From positions 1-25,466 of IMG/VR virus record IMGVR_UViG_2671180892_000012: 25,466 bases of DNA; one strand, given 5' to 3'. The stretch is from a virus (Duplodnaviria > Heunggongvirae > Uroviricota > Caudoviricetes). The notes beneath the pieces are model-generated. The model did not search any database. It saw nothing but the letters and a program-made list of their open reading frames with translations, and had not been told where the DNA came from. The translations under genes and the position numbers were made by a program. Of the stretch, positions 1 to 8,195 are shown one piece after another (position 1 is the first letter of the stretch; the number at the start of each line of letters is the position of its first letter).

Positions 1-219
1 TTACATCCACATAATTTGCTGCCCTGACGGCAACGGGTGCGGTCTTACGGCGTGGACTTCTCCCGGCTTCACGATGTATCGCTGTACCGACTCATAAGTG
101 ATGAACGTGGCGCTGCAATTCACGTTCTGACACTGGTGATAACGCTCTTTTGTCGTGTCAGTGATATAGCGGCTTGTACGCGCATGTGCGGCATGCTGGC
201 ATAAAGGACAATGAAACAT
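1..219 (-). CDS. ogr: Ogr late-gene transcriptional activator (zinc-finger), 72 aa
   Basis: Translation from ATG at 219 gives MFHCPLCQHAAHARTSRYITDTTKERYHQCQNVNCSATF..., the Cys4 zinc-finger Ogr sequence of P2; the ORF-track start at 282 is a TTG, trimmed to the ATG giving the 72-aa P2 length. Confidence 0.9.
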   Translation of the reverse strand: MFHCPLCQHAAHARTSRYITDTTKERYHQCQNVNCSATFITYESVQRYIVKPGEVHAVRPHPLPSGQQIMWM

Positions 220-300
220 CGCGAGCACCTCTTCCGGTTTTGTTGATGGTGCCATTTTAGTTAATTTATCCTTACAAAACAAATAGATAAATAAATCACA

Positions 301-1464
301 TCACTCATCATCTTCTGTTTCGTACTCCACATCAGAAAGCCTGACCTCAAGCTCTAAGGACGTCGTGAAGCCGCTATTATTCAGAAAATGTGTCACCTTA
401 GTGATTGTCCAGTCCTGCTCGTCTATGACGCGCTTAAAGCCTGACACTTTAACCGGTGTTTCCGTGTAAATATCTGCCCGACCGGTAGCCAGGCTGATGG
501 AGAACTCCGCCACCCCCCGTTGCAGTTTATCCCACTTCGCCTGAGCGGCGCGCATGGCCTGCGCTTTCGTGGCATATACCGTGGTCAGGGCAAAAACGTT
601 GTCAGCCTCACCGGCCATGTATTCACCTTCGCGCGCTTCCGGTACTTTTGACGCTTTCTTCTGCGTGACTGGTTTCGCTTTCGGGTGCTCCAGTGCGCGC
701 AGGTGTTTCTCTTTCTTTTTGCGTTTCAGTTTTACCTTCTGCTTTTGCGGCTTCGGGTCTTTGGTGTGTAACCACTTTGCCGTTACGCCGGTATAGGCTC
801 CACGGTCAGCAATCGCAAAATGATGGCGGTCGCCGTCGCTGCGGGTTATGGTGACCTGCGGGATTTTTTTACCGCTGGCCGTCACCCCCTGCCCCGCTTT
901 GAGAAACAACAGTTTTCCCATTTTTACCGACACCTCACCGCCGTTGCGTTCTGCAAGACGGGTCAGGAATTTCGCATCAGACTCCTGCGACTGGTCGATG
1001 TGCGGGATTTTAATTCCGGCCAGTGACGGAGCGACACTGGCTTCCAGCTTATTACGGGAGGCTATCGCCTCAACAATCGCACCGAGCGTGGTGTCATGCC
1101 ATGAGCCTTCACGGCGGGAATTGAGCGTCCCGCGAAAATCTGCACTCCGGGCGCGGATGGTGACCACATCCGGTGCGCCCCGGTGTTCAACCTCATCAAC
1201 GGTAAATTTCCCTTTGCATACCAGGGCAAAACCTTTCCAGCCGATATACACCGTCAGGACAGCGCCACGAATCGGCAGCTCGACCTGCCCGTCGGCATCG
1301 TTCAGTTCAATATCAAGCTGGTCAGCCTCAAAGCCCCGGTTATCCGTCAGGGTCATGCTCATCAGACGGTCGCTGATATTGCCGGTAATATCCCTGCTGT
1401 CGAGCATCAGCATGTAATCCGGCGTCAGCGTACTGCCTGCATCAAATGTCAGTGCATCCAGCAT
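301..1464 (-). CDS. D: Tail protein D (late control gene D), 387 aa
   Basis: 387-aa ORF with ATG start; position between U and ogr and length match P2 gpD; lysine-rich central linker KPQKQKVKLKRKKKEK; start overlaps U stop (TAATG). Confidence 0.85.
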   Translation of the reverse strand: MLDALTFDAGSTLTPDYMLMLDSRDITGNISDRLMSMTLTDNRGFEADQLDIELNDADGQVELPIRGAVLTVYIGWKGFALVCKGKFTVDEVEHRGAPDVVTIRARSADFRGTLNSRREGSWHDTTLGAIVEAIASRNKLEASVAPSLAGIKIPHIDQSQESDAKFLTRLAERNGGEVSVKMGKLLFLKAGQGVTASGKKIPQVTITRSDGDRHHFAIADRGAYTGVTAKWLHTKDPKPQKQKVKLKRKKKEKHLRALEHPKAKPVTQKKASKVPEAREGEYMAGEADNVFALTTVYATKAQAMRAAQAKWDKLQRGVAEFSISLATGRADIYTETPVKVSGFKRVIDEQDWTITKVTHFLNNSGFTTSLELEVRLSDVEYETEDDE

Positions 1465-1943
1465 TATCCCGCCCCCGTCATACCCGTGAATTTAGTCGCC
1501 ATACTGCCAGCCTTACCGATGAGCGATTCCGCCTGTTTACCGATATCGCCATAAAGCGCGGCCAGTGATTCATCAACGCGGGTGAGCGACAGCGTAAAAT
1601 CAATTTTCCGGGGTGTGCCGTCTGCAAAGAAAATACTCCCTGTTTCACTCACCCTGCTGATGACATACATGCCGTAAATCATGCCGGTGCCATCCAGCAA
1701 CGGCCACGCCCGCCCCTCCTCTGCCATCAGCCTGAGCGTGGTCATCGTCAGCTTGCCGCCGGTCAGTTCGGGATAAAGCACGCCGGCAAGCGTGATGTTT
1801 TCCTCACCCATACCGAGAAACTGAAAAGCGTCCCGTTTACCGATACGGGAATTTGACGGCCAGCGATAATCTGATTCACGCTGCATGGTCTGGTGTGGCA
1901 GCGTCTGGCGCATAAAAACAAACATACCTAACGCGAGCATCAT
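1464..1943 (-). CDS. U: Tail protein U, 159 aa
   Basis: 159-aa ORF, ATG start, synteny T-U-D, length equals P2 gpU. Confidence 0.85.
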   Translation of the reverse strand: MMLALGMFVFMRQTLPHQTMQRESDYRWPSNSRIGKRDAFQFLGMGEENITLAGVLYPELTGGKLTMTTLRLMAEEGRAWPLLDGTGMIYGMYVISRVSETGSIFFADGTPRKIDFTLSLTRVDESLAALYGDIGKQAESLIGKAGSMATKFTGMTGAG

Positions 1944-1957
1944 TTTTCGTCACCTCC

Positions 1958-4405
1958 TTAACCGTCATGCATCATGCTGGCACGGGCGCGCGCACGTTTA
2001 TCCCGCTCGTATTTTTCGAGCGCATCCTGTAACTGGCGGTCGAGCTGTGTCCCCGGCGCAGTACCACCCGTCAGGCTGATGTGATATTCGTTTTTACTCT
2101 GGTCTACATAAGAGCGGCCAGCCGGTGCCGTGACCGGCTGATAAGCCTGATAACCTGCATAAGAGCTGGTCGCCGGAATATAACCACCGCTGCCATACGT
2201 GGCGGCTTGAGTTCTGGCGGCGGTCTGGTCAAGTGTGTCTGACTCTTTGTTGATAACACCGAGTTTTTCCAGTACCCAGTCAATACCACTGCGCAGTTTG
2301 TTGAACGCATTAAGCGGCAGCATCAACGCGTCAGCCAGTGCCTGCCCGAACATGACGCCCGTGTCACGGCAACGGTTCAGGGTGTCCTGGGTGGCTTTGA
2401 CCGGGGCAATCAGGTTTTTAAACCACTGCCACGCGGCCTGTAACTTTTCACCCAGCCAGTCAAACAGCGGCTTAAGTGGCGTGAACAGTTCCCCCACCGG
2501 CGCAAATGCAGCTTTCAGCCCTTCAACCACACCGCCAAAGAATGCGCTGACAGGCTCCCAGTATTTACGGATAAGTAACGCCCCGGCGACAATGGCGGCC
2601 ACCACAGCCACAACCGGCCAGCTAATCGCCCCGATGGCCGTCATAACAGCACTGCCAACCGTCGTGAAGATTGCCCCCATTGCGCCTGCTGCCGCGATGA
2701 TGGCATTAATGCCGGTGATGACCGGCCAGGCTACAAGACCAATTGCACCGATGATACCAATAAGCGCCAGTGCGCCACCGACAATGAGGCCGATGGTTGA
2801 CGCCAGTGATTTGTTTTTCTGGATCCAGCCGTCGAGTTTTAACACATACTTTGTGGCCGTCTGCGTGAGATTACGCAGTGCGCCTTCCTGCTGGTCAAAC
2901 AGGTCAGTGCCAACAGCCTGATACGCTGACTGAAACGATTTAAAGTCGCCGCCGAGGTTATCCTGCATAACCTTAACCAGTTCTTCTGTTTTACCGTCAG
3001 ATTCTTTAATCAACCTGGTCAGATTATCCAGCTTGCCGCTGGCTGCTGCTGTCATTAATACACTTGCTGATGAGCTGGCCTCTTCGCCGAATATTGTTTT
3101 CATGTATTCAGCGCGCTGCCCTGTTCCTAGTTTATTTTTTTCAAAACTCCGCTGAATTTCTTTCAGAATTGAAAAGACAGGTCGCGTATTACCTTTGCTG
3201 TCAGTTGTCTTTACGCCAAGCTCTTTAATAGCGTCATACGCTTTCCCGGTTGGTGCCTGCAAACGACTCAGTACTGCTCGACTTCCTGTACCAGCCATAG
3301 ACCCACTGATATTTGCATCGTGTAATGCACCTAACATTGCTGCTGTTTCTTCCAGGCTGACACCTGCATCTTTTGCCACTGGCCCGACATAGGTAAGTGA
3401 ATCACTTAGTCCCTCGAATGTGGCTTGCGATTTATTCATCGTCATTGAAATAACATCAGCAATATGGGAAGCCTTATTGTCAGCAAGCCCGAATGCCGAT
3501 TTTGTCCCAATAAGTAAAGTGGCGTTTTCCTCCATCGTTTTCTTGTTTGCCAGTGACATATTCAAAATGGCCGGTGTTTGTGCCAGGATGCCATTTTTAT
3601 CCGCTCCTGATTTAGCCACGATGATTTGAGCTGCTGCTGCATCATCCGCCGAGGCGGCTGTATTGTCGCCGAGCTGGCGCGCCTGTTTGCGTAGCGCGGC
3701 CATTTCGGCGGAATCTTTTGCCACACCGAGCACGGCCTGCAATTCTGAGTTTTTCTGCGCAAACTCATAACCGGGCATCAGCAACTTAACTCCGGCCATC
3801 GTTCCCGCCGCCGCAATCCCCACACCGGCAGCGCCTACTGAGGCCATATTTCCGGCCAGTTCCTTTCCTGCCTGATAACGCTGTTTGACTGCGTTAAGTT
3901 TTGCCTGTTGTGCACTGACACGCGCCAGCGCGTCACGCTGACGGTTAAGCTGGGCGGTGGTTTCACTGATACGGTTTTTCAGCCCTCGTTCATCATGCGC
4001 CAGATTACGGGTATTAATACCCGCCTGACTCAATTCCTGACGCTGGCGCTGTACCGACAATCTCAGGCTGTTATATTTCGCCTGTAACTCAGACACATTT
4101 TTACGCGCGGCTTCCATTGCCTTTGCCTGTGCATTTGTCGGTCGTTCAGTATTTTTAAACTGGACAGCCAGAGCTGCGGCTTCCTGTCTGGCTTTTTTCA
4201 GTTCCTGACCAGTCACGGCGAGCTGTGCACTGGTCTTGCGAAATCCCTCAATACGGGATGCCTGACCGTTCAGCTCGCGCAGTGATTTTTGTGTGTCCCG
4301 GATATCCCCCGACAGCGACTTACTCGCTGTACGGATGGATTTAAACGGGCGGGATGCCTGGTCAACAGCCCTGAGCAATACCTGTAATTTTACATTGTTA
4401 CTCAT
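1958..4405 (-). CDS. T: Tail tape-measure protein T, 815 aa
   Basis: 815-aa ORF; long alpha-helical/coiled-coil N-terminal half, Gly/Ala-rich hydrophobic central segment (IGLIVGGALALIGIIGAIGLVAWPV...), position after E/E'; typical tape-measure architecture. Confidence 0.85.
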   Translation of the reverse strand: MSNNVKLQVLLRAVDQASRPFKSIRTASKSLSGDIRDTQKSLRELNGQASRIEGFRKTSAQLAVTGQELKKARQEAAALAVQFKNTERPTNAQAKAMEAARKNVSELQAKYNSLRLSVQRQRQELSQAGINTRNLAHDERGLKNRISETTAQLNRQRDALARVSAQQAKLNAVKQRYQAGKELAGNMASVGAAGVGIAAAGTMAGVKLLMPGYEFAQKNSELQAVLGVAKDSAEMAALRKQARQLGDNTAASADDAAAAQIIVAKSGADKNGILAQTPAILNMSLANKKTMEENATLLIGTKSAFGLADNKASHIADVISMTMNKSQATFEGLSDSLTYVGPVAKDAGVSLEETAAMLGALHDANISGSMAGTGSRAVLSRLQAPTGKAYDAIKELGVKTTDSKGNTRPVFSILKEIQRSFEKNKLGTGQRAEYMKTIFGEEASSSASVLMTAAASGKLDNLTRLIKESDGKTEELVKVMQDNLGGDFKSFQSAYQAVGTDLFDQQEGALRNLTQTATKYVLKLDGWIQKNKSLASTIGLIVGGALALIGIIGAIGLVAWPVITGINAIIAAAGAMGAIFTTVGSAVMTAIGAISWPVVAVVAAIVAGALLIRKYWEPVSAFFGGVVEGLKAAFAPVGELFTPLKPLFDWLGEKLQAAWQWFKNLIAPVKATQDTLNRCRDTGVMFGQALADALMLPLNAFNKLRSGIDWVLEKLGVINKESDTLDQTAARTQAATYGSGGYIPATSSYAGYQAYQPVTAPAGRSYVDQSKNEYHISLTGGTAPGTQLDRQLQDALEKYERDKRARARASMMHDG

Positions 4406-4825
4406 TCGTGTTTCCGCTTCGCCGGAGCGCCTTTTCGCGCCATGTGATGAGTTCGGTCAGGCTCATGGGATACAGTTCTGATGGCGGCCAGTGAAATACC
4501 ACTGCCACATCCGCCATCAGGTCATCGACCGAGAGATTTTTCGGAAACGTTACTGCACCGAGTTCGGCGACAAAAAACCGACCACCTTACCGGCCAGCGC
4601 CACAAGGTCAGGCAGTTCCAGCGCGGCGACTTCCTGCTCGGTCAGCATCGGTGCCGTCATGCGCGGCAGCACCTTAATCAGTGCATCGACTTCGGAGTTT
4701 GCAACCGCAGCCAGACTGACACCGCGCAGCGTCCCTGCATTGGGTTTCATCAGCGTGACCTGTTCGATAACCTGCTCACCACGTTTGACCGGATTTTCCA
4801 GGGTAATGACATTTTCTTTGTTCAT
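4398..4825 (-). CDS. E': E+E' fusion made by programmed -1 frameshift at 4571-4577, predicted 142 aa
   Basis: Minus-strand heptamer T TTT TTG (plus 4571-4577 caaaaaa) lies in the E frame at codons G-F-L; my manual -1-frame translation continues VAELGAVTFPKNLSVDDLMADVAVVFHWPPSELYPMSLTELITWREKALRRSGNTNE and stops at TAA 4398-4400, overlapping the T start; 142 aa equals P2 E+E'. Confidence 0.7.
4550..4825 (-). CDS. E: Tail assembly chaperone E, 91 aa (zero-frame product)
   Basis: 91-aa ORF with ATG start ending ...GKVVGFLSPNSVQ; sits between FII and T as in P2. Confidence 0.85.
   Translation of the reverse strand: MNKENVITLENPVKRGEQVIEQVTLMKPNAGTLRGVSLAAVANSEVDALIKVLPRMTAPMLTEQEVAALELPDLVALAGKVVGFLSPNSVQ
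4571..4577 (-). other. Slippery heptanucleotide TTTTTTG for the E/E' -1 ribosomal frameshift
   Basis: Read directly from the sequence; same heptamer and position as the P2 FETUD operon frameshift. Confidence 0.7.
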
Positions 4826-4881
4826 GGTTTTCTCACTTCTGAATCAGGGTTAACCGGTCAGCCTGGCTGACCGTATGAAAA

Positions 4882-5400
4882 TCACAGGCCGATATTACGG
4901 CGGTGTTGCTCCAGCCGGTCGACGCCGTTCACCTTCTCAATCATGTTGATGGTGTCGATTTCGACCAGCTCCTTACCGTCCATCGTCAACTTGAAATAAG
5001 TACAAATCACCGGGAGTTTCGATTCGGTATCCTCTCCCTGTTTACCCTCTCCGGTGTCGACTTCTTTCTGACGCCCACGCATAACCACTTCGACGGCCAC
5101 CGTTTCACCGGTATCGTCGCGCTGGTAAGAACCAGCAAAACGAATCGGTACGGCATCAGCACTGGTTGCAGCGTAAAGCTCCCAGATAACCGAATCCGGG
5201 AAGCCCCCGAGCGACCACTCCATTGACAGCGCGTCATCATCAAGGCCGAGGTCTACCGGTGCGCTGCCGTTCATCCCCGCACCGCGATAGTTTTCGAGCT
5301 TACGGGTCAGTTTTGGCAGCGTGACGGAATTTGCAACGCCCTGATAGCTGTAGCCGTTCAGAAAGACATTCATGTATTTGAGTTTGCGCGGCATTGCCAT
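4882..5400 (-). CDS. FII: Major tail tube protein FII, 172 aa
   Basis: 172-aa ORF, ATG start, directly downstream of FI; length equals P2 gpFII. Confidence 0.85.
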   Translation of the reverse strand: MAMPRKLKYMNVFLNGYSYQGVANSVTLPKLTRKLENYRGAGMNGSAPVDLGLDDDALSMEWSLGGFPDSVIWELYAATSADAVPIRFAGSYQRDDTGETVAVEVVMRGRQKEVDTGEGKQGEDTESKLPVICTYFKLTMDGKELVEIDTINMIEKVNGVDRLEQHRRNIGL

Positions 5401-5412
5401 CGGTCAGGCTCC

Positions 5413-6603
5413 TTAATTGCTGTTAACCGAGGTGACCAGATTTGCCAGGTATTTATCAGTAATACGCTGGCGCAGGGTCAGGTTTTCAAGAGGAGGCACC
5501 GGGGTATAGTCGTAGTCGATATACAGTTTTCCGGCCTTGAGGGTTTCCGCATCGTTGGATTCTTCACTGAACCAGCAGGTCGCATCCACGATATAGCCGT
5601 TTGTTTTCAGCTCTCGGAATTTGGCATTGATGCCGTCAACGATGTCGCGAATCAGCGTTGCGGTGATGGGCTTGTCCACCGCCCACATGTGCGCCTCAGC
5701 CATCGTGTCGGCCAGTACCTGCGCGGTGCGGGTGTAGTTTTCAAAGAGGAACAGCGGGTCATCAGAGCAGGTACGGTTACCCCAGAAGCGGAAACCGTCA
5801 CGGCGAATCAGTGTTGTGACGCCTGACTCGTTAAGCAGGTCAGCATCGGTGCCGGACTCCTGCAAATCCCAGAATACAGATGCGCTGATGCCGGTAACAC
5901 CGTTTACCCCGACGTTGGACAGCGTTTTATGCCAGCCCTGCTCATGGTCGATTCTGGCACGCAGACCCAGCGCACGGGCGGTGGCATACGCGGTAGCGGT
6001 GGTACTGGTGACCGTATCCCATGCGAGGAAATCCGGCCAGATGACCATCAGCTCACGCTGGCTGAAATTCTGACGGTAGGCTTTCACCTCGGAAATGGTT
6101 TTACAGCCCCATGCGCTGATATACCCGAAAGCGCGCAGCTTCTGACAGACTGATGCCAGTGCAACAGCCACCTCTTTGGTATCCAGCCCCGGCACACCGA
6201 GAATACGCGGTTTAACACCGGTTACCGACTCCGCCGCCAGCAGGGCTTTCAGTCCGGTGTACTGACCGTTTTCGTCGGTGGTTCCGATGATATTGGAAAC
6301 AGTCTGCGCGAGTTTCGTTTCTTCGTCTTCGCCGGTGCCGTCTTCCACACGCACGACAACGGTGACCGGTTTTGACTGGTCGGCGATAGCCTGCAACGAT
6401 GCCGCCAGCGTGCCTTTTTTACCGGCCTTTGCAATTGCGCTCTGCACATTGGTAATCAGCACCGGTTTATTGAGGGGGAAGGTTTCCGCATCCGCATCGC
6501 TGGCCGTGCAGACCATGCCAACAATGGCGGTGGATACGGTGGAAATGACGCGGGTGCCGTCGTTAATCTCCAGCACCTGCACGCCGTGATGATAGTCACT
6601 CAT
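5413..6603 (-). CDS. FI: Major tail sheath protein FI, 396 aa
   Basis: 396-aa ORF, ATG start, first gene of FI-FII-E-T-U-D operon; length equals P2 gpFI. Confidence 0.85.
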   Translation of the reverse strand: MSDYHHGVQVLEINDGTRVISTVSTAIVGMVCTASDADAETFPLNKPVLITNVQSAIAKAGKKGTLAASLQAIADQSKPVTVVVRVEDGTGEDEETKLAQTVSNIIGTTDENGQYTGLKALLAAESVTGVKPRILGVPGLDTKEVAVALASVCQKLRAFGYISAWGCKTISEVKAYRQNFSQRELMVIWPDFLAWDTVTSTTATAYATARALGLRARIDHEQGWHKTLSNVGVNGVTGISASVFWDLQESGTDADLLNESGVTTLIRRDGFRFWGNRTCSDDPLFLFENYTRTAQVLADTMAEAHMWAVDKPITATLIRDIVDGINAKFRELKTNGYIVDATCWFSEESNDAETLKAGKLYIDYDYTPVPPLENLTLRQRITDKYLANLVTSVNSN

Positions 6604-6675
6604 CCGTTTAACTCCGTGGTTAATGGGTGCAACTATTTTCTGTTGGGCAGTGCATAAGACGCTATTTGACCTGAC

Positions 6676-6693
6676 TGGTCAGTGGATGAAACA
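6676..6693 (-). promoter_or_regulatory. Candidate Ogr-dependent late promoter element upstream of FI (imperfect TGT-N12-ACA dyad)
   Basis: tggTCAGTGGATGAAaca is one mismatch from the P2 late-promoter dyad TGT-N12-ACA, centred about 80 nt upstream of the FI ATG; weak, pattern-based only. Confidence 0.3.
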
Positions 6694-6770
6694 ACAGATA
6701 AAGCCAGCGCCTTAGATTTGATGATAGGTGATGTAACCGTCTGTATATTCGAGCAAAAACTGAAATTATG

Positions 6771-6800
6771 ATGACTTTACCTTCCTTGGTTAAGTATACT
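6771..6800 (+). promoter_or_regulatory. Possible sigma70 promoter for the cargo gene (-35 ATGACT, 18-nt spacer, -10 TATACT)
   Basis: Hexamers read from sequence about 25 nt upstream of the ATG at 6825; GAGG ribosome-binding site at 6817-6820. Confidence 0.3.
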
Positions 6801-6824
6801 GTTCTTTTTTGATTGTGAGGATAT

Positions 6825-7409
6825 ATGGCACAGAATATGCCTAAAGAGCAGAGGGTTACACTCATTACGCTAGCTACTTTAACTGCAGTAGTCGCAGTCT
6901 TTTGGTTTTTGTCTATGGTGTTCGAGCATGAAATAAAATGTTTGGGCCCCTTAGTAGTTTCACTCTCAAGTGCAATACCAGTTTTTTCCTTGTGGTGGCC
7001 ATTTAAACCTAAGTACATATCCAAACGAATACGAAATACATTATCCGTTGATTTAAATATCACAAACCATGTTCTGTTTGGTGATGGAGATTACAAGTTT
7101 GACCCTTATTTTTCCACTGCGTCAAACAGAAGCCTTCATGTTATAACAAGATATTCTAATTATCTTTTGGGAGGAGCCCCCGCCTTAGAAATATATAACT
7201 TCCATGAGATTGGTGATGCAGAAGCATTCCCAATAAACAAACTTGATATAAATAACACGCCTATTGAGCAAGTGGTTATTTTGAAAAACATTCATAATAA
7301 ATACGCCTTAATAAAAATAAACTCAATTAATCAACAGCACCCTCATATTTTTGAGATCGAGTACATTCTAAACAGCGCAGGTTCTGGGAATTTTACGGAG
7401 TGCAGATAA
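6825..7409 (+). CDS. Hypothetical membrane protein (194 aa) at the P2 Z/fun cargo position, opposite strand to the late genes
   Basis: ATG with GAGG RBS; two N-terminal hydrophobic helices (VTLITLATLTAVVAVFWFLSMVF; LGPLVVSLSSAIPVFSLWWPF); visibly AT-rich compared with flanking tail genes; between G and FI, where P2 carries Z/fun. Confidence 0.6.
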   Translation: MAQNMPKEQRVTLITLATLTAVVAVFWFLSMVFEHEIKCLGPLVVSLSSAIPVFSLWWPFKPKYISKRIRNTLSVDLNITNHVLFGDGDYKFDPYFSTASNRSLHVITRYSNYLLGGAPALEIYNFHEIGDAEAFPINKLDINNTPIEQVVILKNIHNKYALIKINSINQQHPHIFEIEYILNSAGSGNFTECR

Positions 7410-7413
7410 ATAA

Positions 7414-7437
7414 ACACTTGGCTTAACAGCCAAGTGT
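7414..7437. terminator. Hairpin (9-bp stem acacttggc / gccaagtgt, 6-nt loop) after the cargo gene and after G; possible bidirectional terminator
   Basis: Inverted repeat read from sequence; T-rich tract on the minus-strand side (TTATTTAT), weaker on plus. Confidence 0.35.
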
Positions 7438-7664
7438 TGTCATGGTTCCTTACCGTAAGTTGAAACACCGAGGAGCGTTAGACGCAAGGAACATCGCTAT
7501 ATATGATAATTACCCAGAACTGATTGCTGTTTAATGTCACATTTTTTCAGAGAGGGTTCACGACTGGTCGAGTTTATAAAGACCCGCTTTTGGCACAGAG
7601 CGAACGGTCAGATTAGGCTTTACTCTGTGCCATAGATGTAATCTCACACCAGAGCTTATACAAC

Positions 7665-8192
7665 TTATTGCGGCATTTCCGGCCATTCAGGATTTGCAGG
7701 ATCCACACGGCTGACCAGAACGCTGTAGCGTTCCCATGACTCCAGTCGTGCACGTTCCTCATCCGTCGCCATATTCAACCTGACAGCGCGTTCCAGTGGC
7801 TGAATAACGCTTTCCGCTTCGGAAAGTAACGCGGCCTTTTGTGATTCTGCCTGTTGTTGCTGTTCATCTGCCGTATAAATCCGTTTAACCACAGCACCAT
7901 CCTTAAACATCCATTTACCTGAGTCGTCAGCACGTCGGTTGGAGGTAATATCAGGAACCTCAACAACGCTAAAACCTTCAGGATTAAGCGTTGAAGCATC
8001 TCTGGTGATAGCGACAATAATATTATTTTCATCGTAAACAATCTTTATTGTGTCTGGCTGAAAGTTCTTCACTTCCTCATACCAGTTTTTTCCGTCTTCG
8101 GACCATAACCAGATAACATCAAAATTCTTTGTTAGCTGATATTGCTCTTTTGTTTTTGGATTACCTGACTTAATGTTCTTTAAATGCTGCAT
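7665..8192 (-). CDS. G: Tail fibre assembly protein G, 175 aa
   Basis: 175-aa ORF, ATG start, directly downstream of H; length equals P2 gpG. Confidence 0.8.
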   Translation of the reverse strand: MQHLKNIKSGNPKTKEQYQLTKNFDVIWLWSEDGKNWYEEVKNFQPDTIKIVYDENNIIVAITRDASTLNPEGFSVVEVPDITSNRRADDSGKWMFKDGAVVKRIYTADEQQQQAESQKAALLSEAESVIQPLERAVRLNMATDEERARLESWERYSVLVSRVDPANPEWPEMPQ

Positions 8193-8195
8193 AAC

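Noticed and set aside
848-1554. Plus-strand ORFs of 189 aa and 123 aa inside gene D
   Set aside because: Antisense to a well-supported tail gene; typical shadow ORFs
2235-2921. 228-aa plus-strand ORF inside the tape-measure gene
   Set aside because: Fully antisense to T, low-complexity Ala/Ser/Thr-rich translation of a GC-rich coding region; no RBS
6662-7063. 133-aa minus-strand ORF overlapping the Z/fun-position cargo gene
   Set aside because: Antisense to the better-supported plus-strand membrane-protein ORF with RBS; shorter, no clear RBS
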